Positions 8,492-19,570 are shown, counted from the first letter of the stretch. The stretch: 64,000 bases of DNA from Fibrobacterales bacterium (GCA_051532055.1 JAOPTX010000008.1:32001-96000); one strand, 5' to 3'. Notes: generated from the sequence alone by a model not told the origin. A program made the numbers and translations.

Positions 8492-11400
8492 CTACTGTAG
8501 TAATAGTACCCCTACAGTTTCTGTGTTCAGTAAATACTCTTGAATGCCATGCACATCGATAAATGCTTTTTCGACTCCATTCAGATCATAAAACATCAAC
8601 ACAGAAACTCCTAAAGGAATCTGTATACGATTCACCCCCGGGGATACCAGTACCATTTTTTGCAATGTGACTGACTCATACAAGATTGGTGCTATGGTAT
8701 GACTCAGTGCACTACTACTTTGAGCTATAGGTATTATCTGTGTAGAAGAAAGGATGGCAGTATCAGATCTGTCACCAATATCACCTGTACTATCATTAAC
8801 GCCAACAACACCGCCAGCAGTTTTTCCTTCATTTGCACTTGTATGAGGAAGCAGGACATTTCCATTGCCACTCGCTGACTGCTGTATAATACTCGAGTAG
8901 ATATTTGGTGATTGAGCACTACTGCTCAATTGTACTACAGAAGATACATTTACATTTCCTGAACTATTTTGTGAGATACTTGATGAAGTATGGCCCTGTC
9001 CACCACCAGGTCTTGTGCTAACTGTTGAATCAGGCTCACCCTCCCACAGGCCAAAATATTGGCTAAAAGTTATATCAAAATGAGGTACTAACGCCAAAGA
9101 CCGTTCAGTGGGATCTATAATATAGAGCTGTCCTTCATTATTCTCCCAATAAGAAAAAGCATAACCCGAATCCGCAAAGGCAGTAAGATAGACACTATCA
9201 CCTGCTGAAACAATAACATGCTCTGGATCTGATAAACCATTATCATTGGGGAGTACACTAATTTCAACAGGATTATAGACTGACCTGACAGATAGCTGAA
9301 CGGGGCTCGAGCCCGTTACCACTTCAATGGTCTGTGGCTTTTTCAAGTTTGAGGAAAAATATCTAAAAATGTTATCATAGTTAGTTACTGTAACAATAGT
9401 ATCCAACGCCAACGATTCAGTACCTAAATGACGTACATTGAATGTATAATTTTGATCTCTGCTTTTGAAAACAACTCCTTGAGAACCGGGGAGCAATGGT
9501 GTATATTCAAAGTTATACATAGTGTACGATTGCAGCTGAAAGGTCTGAAGGGTATCAGAGAGAAAATAGGTATCAGTTGGAACTGTAGGTATTGTACCAA
9601 TCTTAATACCAATGCCGCCTTGGTCATTAGCTATACTGGAACTCGTATATATTTTATAAATATTCTTGCTACTGTCCCCCGGTATAGTCCATATACATTT
9701 TTCATCAAGACATTCATAAATGCTCTCTAATTGATAATTATCTTTATATGATTGAATATGCATTCGATGCTTTTGTCCATTAATTAACTCGAATTGATGA
9801 TCTACCGAATCGAAGCCAGCAATTGTAAACCAAATACCATTTGAAGCATCTTGACCCTGTGCATTGGCAAATAAATCCAAGCTATCTATAGAGGCAATTT
9901 GGATGGGTACTACTTCATGAGCAACAGCCCGTACTGTAACATCTGAATTAACAATAAGTTGAGTGGTTCTATTATTAGGAAAAAGCAGCGTTCCTAGGCC
10001 ATCAATGAGATCCCAATACGCGAAATAGTACCCTGGCTCATCTTCTACTGTGAGTTGAATAGTATCACCTAAAACGGCAACACTATCAAAATAGTGTAAA
10101 TTGAGTCCTAGACCTGGTTCAATAGTCACTGAATGAGATTTTAATACAGAGACCACTATTGAATCTGGATTACCTGTGGAGCTTTGAGGGTATAGAATAA
10201 AATAATGTGGTACCCCAATGGAATCAACTTTAAAAGAGATTCCATTACCAAAATTTTTAGAAACTCTAGGCGATAAGGTTGAGTCGGTACCACAGTAAAA
10301 TCTTTGGTGGTTCTTAACATTATAACTAAAAAAGGTATAAACCCCCGTATCAAGGGGAGTATACTTCCATAGCTGGCCAAGTCTTCCAGCAGTATTAAAC
10401 TCATCATAGGTAAAGCTATATGTTTCGGGAGTACTTGTTAATTCTATCCCATCAAGGCGCGTAACAACTGGGCGAATTTCACTATCAGCAGAAACGGTTA
10501 GTGGGGTAACCGCTTGAGTCGAGTCCCCATAGGTGACATCTCCCACTACGGTCTCCCAGTGTACAAAACGGTAACCGGGGTCAACCCATGCGCGTACAGA
10601 GTCCATATATTGATTCGATTTAATTGTGCCTGCATAAGGCTTTGTGCGTACAGACTCCGCATCACTCATGGTTAGTTGATAGGGAATCTGCGTGAGTTTA
10701 TTCACATCAATATCTAGATTCACTCCAAATCCATAGTTACGGATATTATAAATTCTAACGTATATCGGAATGTTTTGGGTTAATGATTCAATGTTCTGAC
10801 TTTTCCTATTCAATCCATAGTTATCATAGTTTTGAAGTATTGTATCATTATAAATAGATATCCCTTGATTAAAATATTTCTCTTGATGAATCGTAAACAG
10901 GTATTCGCCTGTTTCTTGTGGGACATATTTCACCATTATAAAGTTTTGATCATTAGAAGTTGCCACACTGTCCCAAATAATACTTTGTCTACCAGTAGTT
11001 ATCTCTACCATGTTTTTAATAGGGAACCGTGCATGTACATATGAATCCAATGTGTCGTTACACAATAATTCTATTGTAGAGTGAGAAGAATCACTTAAAA
11101 GAGTAAGGTTATTGCTTAGTTCCCAACGTATGGTATTAAAGTTGTGGGTCTCTTTATTTGATGTATAAGAAATAGTGTTTTTTAAGGTATCACCCGGCTG
11201 ACAATACCCCCGATTATTATCACTAAATTCTGATACCCCTGGAATAGAAGTAGACCACTCTACATGTTTCTTGTCTATGGTAATATTAAAATTATAAAGA
11301 GAAGAACTATCTGGAATTGTTGATGATGCTGGTGAAACATATATATACAGAGTATCACCCACAGAAACTTCACTTCCATTTTTATTAAAATAATGAGAGT

Positions 11401-14400
11401 ACTCGTCATTAAATGATAAGGATGACGTTCTCGTTGTAAATGTTGAATCAGTATAAAAACGAATGTATCGGTAACTCCCTGTATTCTGTTCTATTTTTAA
11501 TCTAAATTCGGTATCTTCAGTAACGCCATATTTCATAAAAACACCTTGTGCCATTTCACCCTGTCTGGATTGAGTAATTGGAGTAATATGATTTACACCT
11601 CTATGTAATCCCCATTTACGAAACGATTTAAAATGCGGTTTGATTGTTGAGGGTTCAGAAATTGAAACACGTATCGTTTGGTTGGTATCACTATCAATAT
11701 AAATTGAAGGAGTTCTTTTTTCCCACAGGTCTATATCATACAAAGCATCGGGGAGTGCGCGTAATTCGATAGTATCTGAAGGAGCCAACCACATAGGACT
11801 TTGATTAACGGTACCATTGGGACTACTCACATCAACAGTGAGAAGATTTTTTTTCTCAAAAGCTACCTCTATTTCATAATCATTCTGTGAAGAGTAACTC
11901 AATGCTACCCGAAACCCAAGAACAGTACCTGGTGTATCGATGTGAAATTCGCTGGTGTATACCCTCTTATTATTTATTGTAGCATAGCTCATTGAAAGCA
12001 GTACACTATCAGTATTCTGTGCATTTAGTTGAAACCCTATCAACGGAACAGTACCATCAGAGTTACGGGTGAACTTATACAGGCCAGTATCGAGGGGAGC
12101 TGTTTCGAAAAAGATTCCGTGAGCAGTATTTTTATTAGCCGCATTATCTTTAATAAAATACTCAATGAGAGTTGCAGTGAGTTCTGTATATTCTGCTTTT
12201 TTTAGCACTGGAGTTAGTTTCACATTACCATTGAGTAGCACAGGGCAATTAACAGAATCTGGTTTAATAAGATGAACCGTACCCGAATCATTATGCCAAT
12301 AATCGAGTTCCCAACTAATATCGGGATTAACAATTAGTGCGAGAGTATCTCCTGCATAGCTTTTTGCAGTAGGTATAGGTAGTGTATAATTCGCGCCTTG
12401 GGTTATCACATAGAAATAGTTAGGTAACACTTGTACCTCAAGTGTTTTATTTTTGTCAGCTAAATTATGGGTAACTACCCTAAAAAATAGAGAGTCATAT
12501 AGAGTGAGATTTGAAAATACTATTGTCCCCTCTCCCTTAAGGTTATCGGCATATCCTGTAAATGTGGAATCATCACGATAAAAATACACTGTTTTAGCGA
12601 GTGGTTTATTACCAGTAAAAACAATAGAAACATCTTCATTATGTAATTGAGTATACTTAAAAAGCATACCGTTACCAAAGACCCTCCCCGCCGCGTCATT
12701 TGTTACATTGTAGCTACTCACCGTATTACTTAATGTATGCACAACAGCCTTTTTATATACGGCAGTAATATCGGTGAATCCATTAAACGTAAAATTCACT
12801 GAATCGGCAGTAAGATCAGAAATACCAGGGGAACCACGAGTCACATTCCAATGATCATGATAATAGCCATTTGCAGGATACGCCTCAAGTAGAACCTGAG
12901 ATCCAACCGCATGATACGTAACAGGTGAAAAATTAAGAACTCCATCTCCCTCTTTAGTCAGGTTCAATGATGGCTTTGCTACAATCGAAAAACTGTCTAG
13001 AGAATCTCCACTATATGAATGAACACTATAAACATCGGTATCTCCGGCAGACAATGTTCCTGAAAGCTGATATCTGTCAAATTCCCGGGGGGCAGCAGCA
13101 CTATCAATTCTGTTTTTTCTCATATTGAGATGTTGACCATTCTGACCTGCTACTTCTATTGCATATCCCCCCTCAGTATGTGCGGTGTAGCTAAACATCA
13201 TTCCAGGGTAGATATCATTTTGTAAGCTTTTATCTATAACTGGGTAGACACTCGGAGTAAATCCGATAGGATTATGGGGCACTGTATCAGTTACAATTGA
13301 GAGTACAACATCACTCGTTACATTTGAAACCTCTGTGCAGAAGACTGTTTCTCCAGGGGTAAGAGTGGCTGAACCAGAAGACACATTCCACCCGGTTATA
13401 TAATTAGACAACTTGGGGTAGGCGCAAAGGGTTCTTTGAATTGATGAAATGACATAGTTATCACCCGGAACCATCGAAAGTGCGTTATTTGAATTAATGG
13501 ATAATGTGTGAGGCTTTAAGGTATATATAATATATTCTAGAGAATTACCCCCACTCTGTTCTATAGCCAGATAGTGTAGTTGATTTACAAAGGCAGGATT
13601 AATATCAACCATATAGGTGTACTCTGATTTACTATACACTGACTCAACAACAGCACCACGAGTATTTCGGGCATAATCCCGAATAGTAAAAAGGCCACCA
13701 TCGGTATGCTCAACATGAATTGCCAACATGCCTGCATGAGTTGGGGTATAGCTATGGTAGATTGTTGTATGGTTAGCGACAATTGCAGGAGTTACAGAAT
13801 CGACAGTATTGCGAATAGTCCGAATTGGAGCTTGATAGTGATGGGCTTTTACTGTAGCGGCGCCACTATACTTGACTATGGTATGCTGTGCAGATGTCTC
13901 AACAATATCAGGTGTACCCTGTAAAACTTCCCAATGAGAAAAATTGTAGAATTGATCTGGGTATGAACTTAAAACGATAGAATCATTATCAAAGAAGTAT
14001 GGGTCACCAGTTAACCATCGAGAAATATCCCCTCTCCTATCTGTTTCAAAATACTGTTTTCGTTTAAAGCCAAATTTAAAGTCACTTTTATACCTGCCTT
14101 TAATTGTAAAATACAGTACTTGCCCAATCGAATCTACGGGAATATAAGGATTAGTTAAGAGGTTTTGTTTTAGATCCACAAAAGTTGAATCACTATGCAA
14201 AATTATAGCAGATGTCGTACTCTGCTCTTCTAAAGCAACAAATAGTGTATCAGTATCAACTGTAGTATAAGAGAAATAAACTCCATCAAAAAACTTACCA
14301 AATGGGGCGTCAGCTTCATAATTATATTGCACCTTTCCTGTATTGAGTGAATGAATTTTAGGTGATGCCTTCAAAGTAATCTCTGTATCATCAGTAGCAA

Positions 14401-15721
14401 CCAAATGAGCTAATGTATGTGTAATGGAATCAAGGGTAAAAGTAGCCATACCATTACTAGTAAAGCTGGTATCTAATTCTATAATTTTATCATAACCCAA
14501 TCTTACAGTGGTAGGGGTATTATCCGACACGTACAGAGTATCAATTGTCTTTCTTGTTAAGTCGGATGCATTAATAGCTATAGTTTCAGGTGAATGGATT
14601 ATAATTTCGTGAGCGTCTAACAGATCAATTGCAATAGGACGGTTGAAACCGTTCAAGGTTGTACTTTTCAATTTAAAAGTATGAACCTGTCCAATACTAT
14701 CAGATACAAAATATATGCTGGTAGCCCAATCATAACTTTTTCCATTCTGTTCATCGAGCCTATCAATATTTTGAAAATGCCATACACTATACTGCGACCC
14801 GTATAAATTCGTTTTTAAAAACTTATCTCCTACCTTTTTTGCAGTATACTTTAACCAGACTTCATAATTATCTATACCCGGAACCACTTTGTTGGTTAAA
14901 TCAAAGGTATCTAATCCATCCCTCAAGCGATAGCGCGGTATTTCCATAAAAACTGGAGTGATAAGCGCATTGGTAGAAGCCTTTATGGTCACTGAAAGGC
15001 CCGTAGTATTCCCCAAAGTAACGGCGCCAGAGTCTATTCGCCAATGAGAAAAATAGGATCCTGCAACCGGTTTTGCATACAACGGAATCCGCATAATGCT
15101 ATCCGCCATAACTAAAGTAGCTTCCGTAGAATCGGGACTCCCCTGTGCTACCCCACCATGAATCGAAGGACTGAAAGTGATCTGGTATTCATGTAATTGA
15201 TAAATGGTTATTTCATCGACAAACACACCCATTGTATAATTCGAGACATCTGTAGCATATTCAAAAACATAATTAATTGTTTTCCCCCGATGGCTATCGA
15301 GAGAAAAATTGAGTTGTTCCCATTGAGTCAAATTTTTATTGGTGTGATAGAGGGTATCGACAATACCTGTAGTACTATCGGTAATCATAATTCTAAAGTC
15401 ATTGTTAGCAACTGCACGCCAAAGATAGAGTGACAATTTCAAATCATTTACATTAGGTAGTTGTATCCACTGAGACCAGGTTTTACTGGTAAGATTATAG
15501 CGATAAGAGTCATCCTGTAATGTTCCCAGATATTTTGATCCTTCAAATGGAGTAGGTCCATATTGCGCGCCCCCCCCCCACTTAATATCATTCTTACTCT
15601 CTGAATACATTTGAGGATTTTCCTCAAAATCCTCATAATAGATGTAAGCATTAGCCGTGCCAATAAGCACGAACATTGCTGCAATAATCATTTGCACACA
15701 TAATTTCATCCCAAACACCAA
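8492..15721 (-). CDS. Giant secreted repeat protein (MAM/cleaved-adhesin-like N-domain, ~11 InlB-B/Flg_new-like repeats alternating with beta-sandwich modules, Ser-rich linker, T9SS-like CTD)
   Basis: Signal peptide ending ANA; recurring 'P..GY.F.HW....G' units about every 180 aa; C-terminal 'FYDLNG' motif. Confidence 0.7.
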   Translation of the reverse strand: MVFGMKLCVQMIIAAMFVLIGTANAYIYYEDFEENPQMYSESKNDIKWGGGAQYGPTPFEGSKYLGTLQDDSYRYNLTSKTWSQWIQLPNVNDLKLSLYLWRAVANNDFRIMITDSTTGIVDTLYHTNKNLTQWEQLNFSLDSHRGKTINYVFEYATDVSNYTMGVFVDEITIYQLHEYQITFSPSIHGGVAQGSPDSTEATLVMADSIMRIPLYAKPVAGSYFSHWRIDSGAVTLGNTTGLSVTIKASTNALITPVFMEIPRYRLRDGLDTFDLTNKVVPGIDNYEVWLKYTAKKVGDKFLKTNLYGSQYSVWHFQNIDRLDEQNGKSYDWATSIYFVSDSIGQVHTFKLKSTTLNGFNRPIAIDLLDAHEIIIHSPETIAINASDLTRKTIDTLYVSDNTPTTVRLGYDKIIELDTSFTSNGMATFTLDSITHTLAHLVATDDTEITLKASPKIHSLNTGKVQYNYEADAPFGKFFDGVYFSYTTVDTDTLFVALEEQSTTSAIILHSDSTFVDLKQNLLTNPYIPVDSIGQVLYFTIKGRYKSDFKFGFKRKQYFETDRRGDISRWLTGDPYFFDNDSIVLSSYPDQFYNFSHWEVLQGTPDIVETSAQHTIVKYSGAATVKAHHYQAPIRTIRNTVDSVTPAIVANHTTIYHSYTPTHAGMLAIHVEHTDGGLFTIRDYARNTRGAVVESVYSKSEYTYMVDINPAFVNQLHYLAIEQSGGNSLEYIIYTLKPHTLSINSNNALSMVPGDNYVISSIQRTLCAYPKLSNYITGWNVSSGSATLTPGETVFCTEVSNVTSDVVLSIVTDTVPHNPIGFTPSVYPVIDKSLQNDIYPGMMFSYTAHTEGGYAIEVAGQNGQHLNMRKNRIDSAAAPREFDRYQLSGTLSAGDTDVYSVHSYSGDSLDSFSIVAKPSLNLTKEGDGVLNFSPVTYHAVGSQVLLEAYPANGYYHDHWNVTRGSPGISDLTADSVNFTFNGFTDITAVYKKAVVHTLSNTVSSYNVTNDAAGRVFGNGMLFKYTQLHNEDVSIVFTGNKPLAKTVYFYRDDSTFTGYADNLKGEGTIVFSNLTLYDSLFFRVVTHNLADKNKTLEVQVLPNYFYVITQGANYTLPIPTAKSYAGDTLALIVNPDISWELDYWHNDSGTVHLIKPDSVNCPVLLNGNVKLTPVLKKAEYTELTATLIEYFIKDNAANKNTAHGIFFETAPLDTGLYKFTRNSDGTVPLIGFQLNAQNTDSVLLSMSYATINNKRVYTSEFHIDTPGTVLGFRVALSYSSQNDYEIEVAFEKKNLLTVDVSSPNGTVNQSPMWLAPSDTIELRALPDALYDIDLWEKRTPSIYIDSDTNQTIRVSISEPSTIKPHFKSFRKWGLHRGVNHITPITQSRQGEMAQGVFMKYGVTEDTEFRLKIEQNTGSYRYIRFYTDSTFTTRTSSLSFNDEYSHYFNKNGSEVSVGDTLYIYVSPASSTIPDSSSLYNFNITIDKKHVEWSTSIPGVSEFSDNNRGYCQPGDTLKNTISYTSNKETHNFNTIRWELSNNLTLLSDSSHSTIELLCNDTLDSYVHARFPIKNMVEITTGRQSIIWDSVATSNDQNFIMVKYVPQETGEYLFTIHQEKYFNQGISIYNDTILQNYDNYGLNRKSQNIESLTQNIPIYVRIYNIRNYGFGVNLDIDVNKLTQIPYQLTMSDAESVRTKPYAGTIKSNQYMDSVRAWVDPGYRFVHWETVVGDVTYGDSTQAVTPLTVSADSEIRPVVTRLDGIELTSTPETYSFTYDEFNTAGRLGQLWKYTPLDTGVYTFFSYNVKNHQRFYCGTDSTLSPRVSKNFGNGISFKVDSIGVPHYFILYPQSSTGNPDSIVVSVLKSHSVTIEPGLGLNLHYFDSVAVLGDTIQLTVEDEPGYYFAYWDLIDGLGTLLFPNNRTTQLIVNSDVTVRAVAHEVVPIQIASIDSLDLFANAQGQDASNGIWFTIAGFDSVDHQFELINGQKHRMHIQSYKDNYQLESIYECLDEKCIWTIPGDSSKNIYKIYTSSSIANDQGGIGIKIGTIPTVPTDTYFLSDTLQTFQLQSYTMYNFEYTPLLPGSQGVVFKSRDQNYTFNVRHLGTESLALDTIVTVTNYDNIFRYFSSNLKKPQTIEVVTGSSPVQLSVRSVYNPVEISVLPNDNGLSDPEHVIVSAGDSVYLTAFADSGYAFSYWENNEGQLYIIDPTERSLALVPHFDITFSQYFGLWEGEPDSTVSTRPGGGQGHTSSSISQNSSGNVNVSSVVQLSSSAQSPNIYSSIIQQSASGNGNVLLPHTSANEGKTAGGVVGVNDSTGDIGDRSDTAILSSTQIIPIAQSSSALSHTIAPILYESVTLQKMVLVSPGVNRIQIPLGVSVLMFYDLNGVEKAFIDVHGIQEYLLNTETVGVLLLQ
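15570..15579 (-). repeat. G10 homopolymer inside the 5' coding region (W-G-G-G codons)
   Basis: Ten consecutive C on + strand; tgg ggg ggg ggc on the coding strand. Confidence 0.9.
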
Positions 15722-15982
15722 TTTACCAAGCCACTCAATATTAAAAGTAGCATTTATTTAACCTTATACCACGCAGTATTAGTAAGCTGTAGATCATATT
15801 GAATTACAGTACCTACATGATGCCCAATACACTCCCAGCAACTGCTTACCCTTGGTAAACACTATAGATTTCACTTTAAAAACCTCATACACAATCGTTA
15901 GTTAAACCGATACTGGGCGTCCTCAGGTTGATTTAAGTGAGTTTTAGCTCATACTGTTACTAACCACCCATCCATCTGAGTA

Positions 15983-17914
15983 TCAAAAATAATAGTTTCC
16001 AACTATCCCAGAATGATACCACCAATTAAATGTTTCAACACTTAATCTCAATTCAATATCTCTATTGAGAGAGTATCTCATTTCGGATCTGCTTTCAATA
16101 GTATATATGCCACTGTATAATACGTTATAGTATACCGATGGTTCTATTAACAGAGAAAAATCTTGACCAAACGGCAATACCAACCCAGTCCGTAATTGCG
16201 GTCCAAGACCAAAACGAGAGAAATGAAAGTCATACTCACCCTTTACCTCTGCTAATGCAAATACCAATGCTGAGTGTATAAACGTTGATATTCCCCCACC
16301 CATTTCAATATCAAATACATAGTGATGAGATCGAGTTACATACAGTGGTTGCGTTACTTTTGAATCAATTCGCCATGATAATTGTTGTGTGTATACATTA
16401 AAGTTAACCAATGATTGAATTTGAAACGGACGAAAGAGTCTGAGTTGTATTGCATCATACCACTGTTCTGAATAGTGTAGTGGCACTGCTAACTGAATCT
16501 GGCCCACTTGAATTTGACTCCCTCTCAAAAAACCGTAGTGCCGGGCGTTTACATCATGAATTCCAAATCGATACTCAAATAATGCAGCGTGCTGGTCTCT
16601 AAAATTAAAATAACCTGCACTGATGCGAGATGGATCATGGGCCTGATGAGGGTACCCCTCCACAACAGTCTGCTCTTCATGTAAGCTGCTCGAAAAAGGT
16701 AACCGTTGTCTCAAAACCATCAACTGAAACAGATGGGGATTTTGAGGTTCATCTTTATAGGTATGAGTGAGTAATTGAATTACATTATCGAGTATATAAG
16801 GAGCTACGGCAAGTTCAGCGTCCAATGCGAGTGTCTTTTGGTACAGCGCTCCTTCATTACTGGTATACAATTCAAGAAGTGCATTTTTTTGCTCACTCAT
16901 AGTATCTATTGCACTTTCTAAATTTGAAAAGTGAGACCTCATAGGTACAATCTCTGAAACAATGGAGTCTGCAAGGAGTATTTGAATTGCTTCTATTGGA
17001 GTTGACACCCAATTTTTATGTTCAGTATAGTTACGCTGTGGCTGGGTGACCTGGAGTAAGGCAAGAATATTATACGCACAATTCTCAGTGAAAAAGTAGT
17101 AGTCTTTCCAGGAGCCTGCAATTTCCCAGAGGTGTTCAAAAAGGTAAATAAGTTGATCATTACTTAATTTCAGTTTGTATTCCCATAAATCTCTCTGTTC
17201 CATATTTAAATAGCGATCTATAAATGTTTTATAATTATAGAGATGAAACTGCCCTTTATAATACCCGAAAATACCTTTATAGATATAAGCGATTCCTGGA
17301 GCAGTTCCAACATCGGCAGAGAAATCAATTCCATATTCCATGGGGCTCCCCCCGCCCGGATCAATAACATCACTCGTTACCTTCAAAAAAAGATGCCCCA
17401 CCATAGAAGATGGGTTATTCATATACGCTGATGAAAACACGAGGGATAAGGCATTGGGAGATAGTACTTTGAGCCACTTCTTAAACGGTGCGGCATCCAC
17501 ATCAGGTAGGTGCCGAATATCAAATCCAAGGTTGGTATTCAAGAAACGATACCGTGCGGGGTATTGAACCAGAGGATGTACATTCCCCTTTTCGGTACTA
17601 ATTGAGTCTCGGCTATGAGGAGCAAAAAATGCCAAAAGTGTTGCATTGAGCTCATCTTCTGGGGATTTTTTCCCTTTGGCAGAAAGGAAAAAAGCGGGAT
17701 CATCAATCTCGCTGGTATATTCAGAACCATTCATTGAATAGTGGATAAGCTTATGCCAATCGGGATGGTTAGAGAGATCTAACTCGTGAGCACGGTTTAA
17801 ATAACTATTTACTGGATCAATACCTTCATTATACCCCATCGGTGAGGAATAGAGCGGTACAATACAAAATGCAATCAGTACTCGGAGCATGTATGTTTTT
17901 AGACGTATTGCCAT
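15983..17914 (-). CDS. DUF4105 / Lnb-N-like domain protein with probable C-terminal beta-barrel
   Basis: 'YMNNPSSMVGHLFL', 'EQRDLWEYKLKL', 'YYFFTENCAYNIL'; C-terminal aromatic 'GNYYF'. Confidence 0.8.
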   Translation of the reverse strand: MAIRLKTYMLRVLIAFCIVPLYSSPMGYNEGIDPVNSYLNRAHELDLSNHPDWHKLIHYSMNGSEYTSEIDDPAFFLSAKGKKSPEDELNATLLAFFAPHSRDSISTEKGNVHPLVQYPARYRFLNTNLGFDIRHLPDVDAAPFKKWLKVLSPNALSLVFSSAYMNNPSSMVGHLFLKVTSDVIDPGGGSPMEYGIDFSADVGTAPGIAYIYKGIFGYYKGQFHLYNYKTFIDRYLNMEQRDLWEYKLKLSNDQLIYLFEHLWEIAGSWKDYYFFTENCAYNILALLQVTQPQRNYTEHKNWVSTPIEAIQILLADSIVSEIVPMRSHFSNLESAIDTMSEQKNALLELYTSNEGALYQKTLALDAELAVAPYILDNVIQLLTHTYKDEPQNPHLFQLMVLRQRLPFSSSLHEEQTVVEGYPHQAHDPSRISAGYFNFRDQHAALFEYRFGIHDVNARHYGFLRGSQIQVGQIQLAVPLHYSEQWYDAIQLRLFRPFQIQSLVNFNVYTQQLSWRIDSKVTQPLYVTRSHHYVFDIEMGGGISTFIHSALVFALAEVKGEYDFHFSRFGLGPQLRTGLVLPFGQDFSLLIEPSVYYNVLYSGIYTIESRSEMRYSLNRDIELRLSVETFNWWYHSGIVGNYYF

Positions 17915-18011
17915 AGGTATTGAGGAGTATTAATCCAAATTGGTATTTATAAATATTAGCATTTAGCTATATTATGTCTTTAATCCTAAATTTAGAACAA
18001 AGGAACTATTT

Positions 18012-18605
18012 ATGCAGACCAGACTATTATTTTTACTCGCTTTATCCATTATCTTGAGTAACTGTACCGTACCTGTAAATATCAAACCAAAAGTTAAAAC
18101 ATCTCAATTCGATAAAATCCCTATGGAAATCGGCCTCAATGTTAAAGATTCCGAGATAACCCATAGAGCTTCGGGCCTATTTTTTGTTGGTTCGGCAAAT
18201 ACATTTGTGATTAATGTAGGTCAAGCATTAGACATGTCTGCTCAATCGTCATTCAAAGCTCTATTCGATGATGTTATTGTTATAGAAAACATAGAAGATA
18301 GAAGTGAACTTGAACCTAAATACACTGTGGTTCTTGTTCCTTACTTTAGTGAATACTATGTAAGCCAAACGATGTCGAGTGGTATGCATTTAAGACTCGA
18401 AGTACTCGATTCTAGTAAACAACGGTTATATAAAGACGACGTTACCGTTGTAGGCAGTGCAGGTCCATTAGTGGCTTCGACCTCTACATTTGGATTCTCT
18501 TCTGCAGCTGTTGCAATCGAAGCATCATCTTCTGAAGCTTTCGAAAAAGCGTTCCATCATTTATTAAGTAACCTGTTTCAAAATTTTAAGTTTGAGCAAA
18601 TCTAG
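18012..18605 (+). CDS. Hypothetical lipoprotein
   Basis: Lipobox LSNC; AGGA SD upstream. Confidence 0.6.
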   Translation: MQTRLLFLLALSIILSNCTVPVNIKPKVKTSQFDKIPMEIGLNVKDSEITHRASGLFFVGSANTFVINVGQALDMSAQSSFKALFDDVIVIENIEDRSELEPKYTVVLVPYFSEYYVSQTMSSGMHLRLEVLDSSKQRLYKDDVTVVGSAGPLVASTSTFGFSSAAVAIEASSSEAFEKAFHHLLSNLFQNFKFEQI

Positions 18606-18667
18606 ATCTTTAATTCTACCTGTATTGAGTATGTCTCAGTACAGGTATGTTTCACTCTAAGGTAATT

Positions 18668-19570
18668 ATGAATATTAAAAGTAGCATTGTGTTATTGTTT
18701 TTGTTGTTGAGCTCGGTATCTGGTAAAATTGGATATCTTGGTTTTTCAGTTCACAAGGATGATGGACACTTTATCATTAAAACAATAACAGCAGGTTCTG
18801 AAGCTGAAAAAAATGGGCTCCATATTGGCGATCAACTCGTTAAAATAAATCAAACGAACCTTGCGGGTTTATCTGAATCTGAAGTTAAAACACTATTAAA
18901 AGGAGAACTCAAAAGTACCATTGAGCTTTCTGTAAAAGTACCGGGTGAAGACTCAGTAGCTGTACTTACACTGGTCTATCAAAAACCTGTGGTCATATCG
19001 CCCAACAAAAAGAATAGAGCGACCTACGAAGAAGTAGATTTTGAGGATGATTCACACCAGTCTGGGGCTCGCTTTAATCTTGGTGTGGGCTTTCGAATCG
19101 TTGATGGAGTTGTGGCCAGTTCAGGCGCATCAAATCCGCTCTTCATAAGTGCTGGTATATTCTATTTATCAGAATCATTCTGGTATGGAGATATCACCGG
19201 TAAAGCTGGATTAGGCGGCCATGCAGAGTCTGGGTCGAGTAACAATTCTCCCTATGATAATCAACAAAAGGCAACGCAAATGTTTTCATTTGCCTCGTAC
19301 GACATTAACGCCGGTGTAAAATACAATGCCAATCAAAAAATCACTCTATTTGCAGGCTCAGGGCTCTCATGGATTGGGTATGAATTAACCGGGACTGACT
19401 ATGATGATCATGGTACTACTTTTGGATATAATTTCACTTTTGGTTTTCACTACTTTTTATCCAAAAGAATTATAAGTGGTGAACTCAATTTATACAACAC
19501 TGATCTTGAGTTCAAAACGACAAAAAGCCAGTCTTTATATCCTGGTATTACAGCACGCTACTCATTTTAG
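18668..19570 (+). CDS. PDZ domain + outer-membrane beta-barrel protein
   Basis: 'GYLGFSV...GSEAEKNGLHIGDQLVKIN' PDZ; amphipathic strands ending 'GITARYSF'. Confidence 0.7.
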   Translation: MNIKSSIVLLFLLLSSVSGKIGYLGFSVHKDDGHFIIKTITAGSEAEKNGLHIGDQLVKINQTNLAGLSESEVKTLLKGELKSTIELSVKVPGEDSVAVLTLVYQKPVVISPNKKNRATYEEVDFEDDSHQSGARFNLGVGFRIVDGVVASSGASNPLFISAGIFYLSESFWYGDITGKAGLGGHAESGSSNNSPYDNQQKATQMFSFASYDINAGVKYNANQKITLFAGSGLSWIGYELTGTDYDDHGTTFGYNFTFGFHYFLSKRIISGELNLYNTDLEFKTTKSQSLYPGITARYSF

